From assembly GCA_013416795.1 (NCBI GenBank), contig RQSC01000141.1:1-27872 (forward strand): 27,872 bases of DNA. The letters are read 5' to 3'. Below, one piece after another: positions 24,754-27,872 of this stretch (its first letter is position 1; each line of letters begins with the position of its first letter). The position numbers were made by a program, and so were the translations under genes. The DNA is from Prasinococcaceae sp. CCMP 1430. Its lineage: Eukaryota > Plantae > Prasinodermophyta. Under the pieces are notes generated by a model. It did no database searches. It saw only the letters and a program-made list of their open reading frames with translations, and was not told where the DNA came from.

Positions 24754-27502
24754 TCAGAGGCTGAAGCGCACACGCTTGCGCGTGGGGCGACTGCCTCGGC
24801 GCGTGGCGGGCGCTGTGGCCTGGCGAGAGCGCTTTGCAGCTTCGGTGAAGGCCGTCGGGCGTCTGCTGCTGCTGCTGCGCGTAATGTGGCCGCAGCCGCG
24901 CTGGCTCTGCGTGGATGTCACGGCGGAAAGGGCGCGAGCGCTGCGGCGCGATGGAAGCGACGGTGCGTTCCCAGGGCGCGCCTGTTGACGCTGCACTGAC
25001 GGCGCAGCTGTCGCTGTGACCACTTCGTCGAGGCCTTGCAAGCCCCAAACGTCGCCGTCCGTGTCGCTCGAGCTGTTGTCGGTTGCATCAGCGTCATCGC
25101 CGGTGCCAGTTGCGGGCTGAGCATCGGCGTGGCTCTTGTGACGCCGCGAAGGAGAATGGCGTTCGTACGTGCCGGGCCACTCGCATGCAACGCACAGGGC
25201 GTCCTCGTCTTTCGCACGCACGCCACCAGCCTCGGCAGGGCTCTCTTTTGCTTTGTCCTCAGCCCTCACCACTTCTGCATCAGCAGCGGCCAGAAAGGTC
25301 ATTTTCCCAATGATGCGCCCGTGCTCGGCCTGTGTGCGCTCTGTGAGCTTGCCATCGGCGACCCGCTGCAGTCGCAGCCAGTCCTCCTTGGAGAGCTCGC
25401 CGGAGCATTCCGTGGTTGGGGCCATGAGAACGTCGTCGTCATCATGCTGTGACGTTCTGTGTTCTTCCCCGGTCTCGATGCTGCGATCGTCGCGTATGCG
25501 GGTGGCGGTGCCGCCGATCGCTCCATCCTGCTCAGACGTTGGGAGGAATGTCGCACCTGCACCTACATTCTCGCGGGGCAGCGCTGCAGATCCCAGCGGG
25601 CACTCAGATGGTGCACTTGCGTCCTCAGCAGGCGCTGGCGGATGCGCGTCATCCTCCTCTGGCGTGCTGGCACGCGCAGGTGGCAAGCCAGATACGACCG
25701 ACAAATTGTGGCGCCTCGACAGTCGCTGCACGACGAGGTCCACCATGTCGCACAGCGCAGCGGAGTCGCGCAGAAAGAGGCCCTCGTCCAGGAGCTGCTG
25801 CATTTGCACGGCCTTGCTGGTGGTCACCTGCGCCGCGTTGCGGTGTGCCTCCAGGACATGCGCCATCGCAGTATCGCGCTCGGCCAGCTGTCGCAAGTGA
25901 TGATCGCGCGCCGAGGCTGCTGCTTCAGTGGCGCGTTCGAATCGATCTGCCACGGCCGCATGGCGGCGCTCACAGCTCATCAGAGCATCAGACGCATCGC
26001 GTGTCGCTTCACGGAGCGCCTCTGCCTGCGCGCTGTTGCCGTCAGTCAGAGCGTTCAGATGCTCTGACAACGTGCGCAAGGAAGAGGCCATCTCGCCCAC
26101 CGTACGCTCCAGTCGCTCTTGTCCATCAACGCATTGCTGGATACGTTTCCCAACCTCGTCGGCGACGGCCGCCGCGAGTGCCGCATGCGACCGTGGCTCA
26201 AACGACCCTCCACCCGCACGGTCGCCCACACCTTGCTGACGGTCACCCGGAGATCGGCCAGCGGCACCACCGGTAGGTAGCAGAGCGCCTGCATCTCCCG
26301 CACCAGCGGCACCACCGCCGCCGCAGTCGTGGGCGTGAGCAGTCTCTGCGGGCGGCGCACAGACACCATGCGCGAAGCTCTCCACAACACCGCCGCCAGT
26401 GTTGTTGGTATGAGCCGCCTCGGGCCTGGCGATGCCCTCTCCGCCTGCAGTACCACCGCGGTGGTTGTGCACTGGCAATGTACAGGTATCGAGCGGTGGC
26501 GAAGGCCCTGCGGCTGCTTCGTCGGACGCCGTGCGCGGTGCGATCACATCCTGATGACTGTGTCGAGGTTGTTGCGAGTACGCGGGATGTGCAGGTGCTG
26601 GCTGGTCGTAGTCGGCGCGCTTCCCGCGCGCGCGCGCCGTAACCTCGTGCCGGTAGGCCAGCGGCTGTTGCGAAGACGATGGCAGCTCTCGCGCTAAGTC
26701 CTGTTGCTGCGACTGCTGGTGGTGAGTGTTGAGCAGGGGCGTCAACAACGGGCCTCCGTGTTGGTGGCGATATTGCAGCGTCGTGACATCGTCCTGTCCT
26801 TGCCTTGTAGGGTCGCGTCCATGCATCGCTGCATCGCTCGGCGGCGGCGTTCTGACGTCACCCGCCCTGCCGACGCCGATGCTACCGGACCTGGCGGCAC
26901 CGCCACTACTACCATGTGCGAGCATGGCCGACACGCGCTGGGCGAATGTCATGGGCGCTCGCCCTCCTGGGGCCCCGCCGCTGGCGGCCGCTGCGCGAGT
27001 GGCTGCCCTAGGTGACGCCATTGGCGCGCCGCCCATGGCAAGTGCTCCTCCTCTGCGGGCCAGGCGCGAGCAAGCCAGAGCGCGCGTGGTGGCATACGGT
27101 CGCATCGCGTTTTTTTGCTAGTGGGTCAGCCGAGAGAGAATTGAGAAGCAAGCACAAGTTGAAGGCACGCATCATAGCGACCATTCGTGGGTGCGTTCGC
27201 GCACGAATCATGATGCATGGACACAGCCAGCTAGGAACGCACTCTTGCCCGCCGCAGCTCCCGTGGTGGTGGGCGCCTTCGTTGCTGCTCCCGAGCGGCT
27301 GGCTACCGCCACCCGACCACTGCTGCGAGGAATACTGGTGGCCGTAGCTCGGCTGGCTGCTGGCAAAGACGCCGCCGCTCTCGCCAGGGAGAAGTCGCAT
27401 CGCGCCCTGGTGCACGCGCTGCTGCTGCTGCTGGTGGTGGTGCGCCCCCGCATGCGCGACAGCAGCCTGGTAGAGCGCGCGCCCGCGTGAGGGCGGCGGC
27501 AT
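24754..27502 (-). CDS. Orphan, mostly disordered protein with a central coiled coil (about 852 aa); model complement(join(24754..27052,27243..27502))
   Basis: The 783-aa track ORF plus an upstream His/Gln/Ser-rich frame. A phase-2 intron (GA|GTGCGT at 27242, GCTGAC at about 27130, CCCGCAG at 27053) joins them in frame. Heptad-like segment VADEVGKRIQQ..LLDEG. No family recognised. Confidence 0.6.
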
Positions 27503-27872
27503 CGGTGCGGCCGCGAGCGGCCAGACGGGGTGCGACACGCCCACGTGATGTGAGGCTTCGCTCAACAGCCGATGCGTTTTGAATTGCACCAAAAGAGCAA
27601 AGGCTCAACACTGTCAACAGGCCCCACAGCGAGCGCCGCTGCCTTTCGGCGTGGCGCCGCGGCCAGCGCCGAGGGTACCGCGCCCCACCCCTTGCTCGCC
27701 CCCTCACGCGCGGCACCGCGTTCTTCGCCGCCGCGCCGCGAGTGAGCGCCCGCGGCGCGCGCGCGGTGTGGCGCTGGCAATTGCCGCAATCGAATCAGCG
27801 TTTTTTTTTTCCGCGCTCGCGGCGCTTTCTCGCCGCGGCCAGGCGCGCGGCCGGCGCACCGCCACACCCCGC

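Noticed and set aside
27110-27118. Programmed -1 frameshift or homopolymer error at the A7 run joining the orphan gene's two frames
   Set aside because: Unnecessary: splicing to the CAG at 27053 joins the frames with canonical signals.
4314-27242. Introner-type repeated introns
   Set aside because: The introns share only splice and branch signals and general GC richness; their bodies are not similar to each other by eye.

Overview
Gene-dense, very GC-rich eukaryotic nuclear DNA, most consistent with a prasinophyte-grade green alga. This is an inference from short GTGCG..GCTGAC..CAG spliceosomal introns, TGTAA-type 3' signals, telo-box motifs and plastid-type gene families. It is not prokaryotic, and I see no CRISPR array, rRNA, complete tRNA or transposase. 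I can support 11 protein-coding regions: exportin-5/HASTY (+, 5'-partial); a DTW-domain tRNA aminocarboxypropyltransferase (+); a Dispatched/Patched-family RND protein (-); prolyl carboxypeptidase S28 (+); an FHA-repeat-FHA-DUF2358-TM-fibrillin-like multidomain protein (-); a 2xRRM protein with a Ser/Asp tail (-); a membrane-anchored SAM methyltransferase (-); an SH3BGR/glutaredoxin-like protein (+); an ABC1 kinase with a degenerate beta-lactamase domain (-); a TerC fragment running in frame into that kinase (-); a YchJ/SEC-C protein (+); plus an orphan SQ-rich coiled-coil protein ending in an RVxF motif (-). Counting TerC and the kinase separately gives 12 CDS features. Two single-N assembly gaps (9052, 23570) each remove a divergent promoter, so the 1475-aa and 1516-aa ORFs in the track are chimeras. 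Best leads: the FHA/DUF2358/fibrillin fusion with FSLFG repeats, the TerC-ABC1K junction, the orphan coiled-coil protein, the Dispatched homolog with intact ion-binding aspartates, the anchored methyltransferase, and a second candidate 3'-end motif (CTAATAT). All family calls come from motif recognition by eye; no searches were run.
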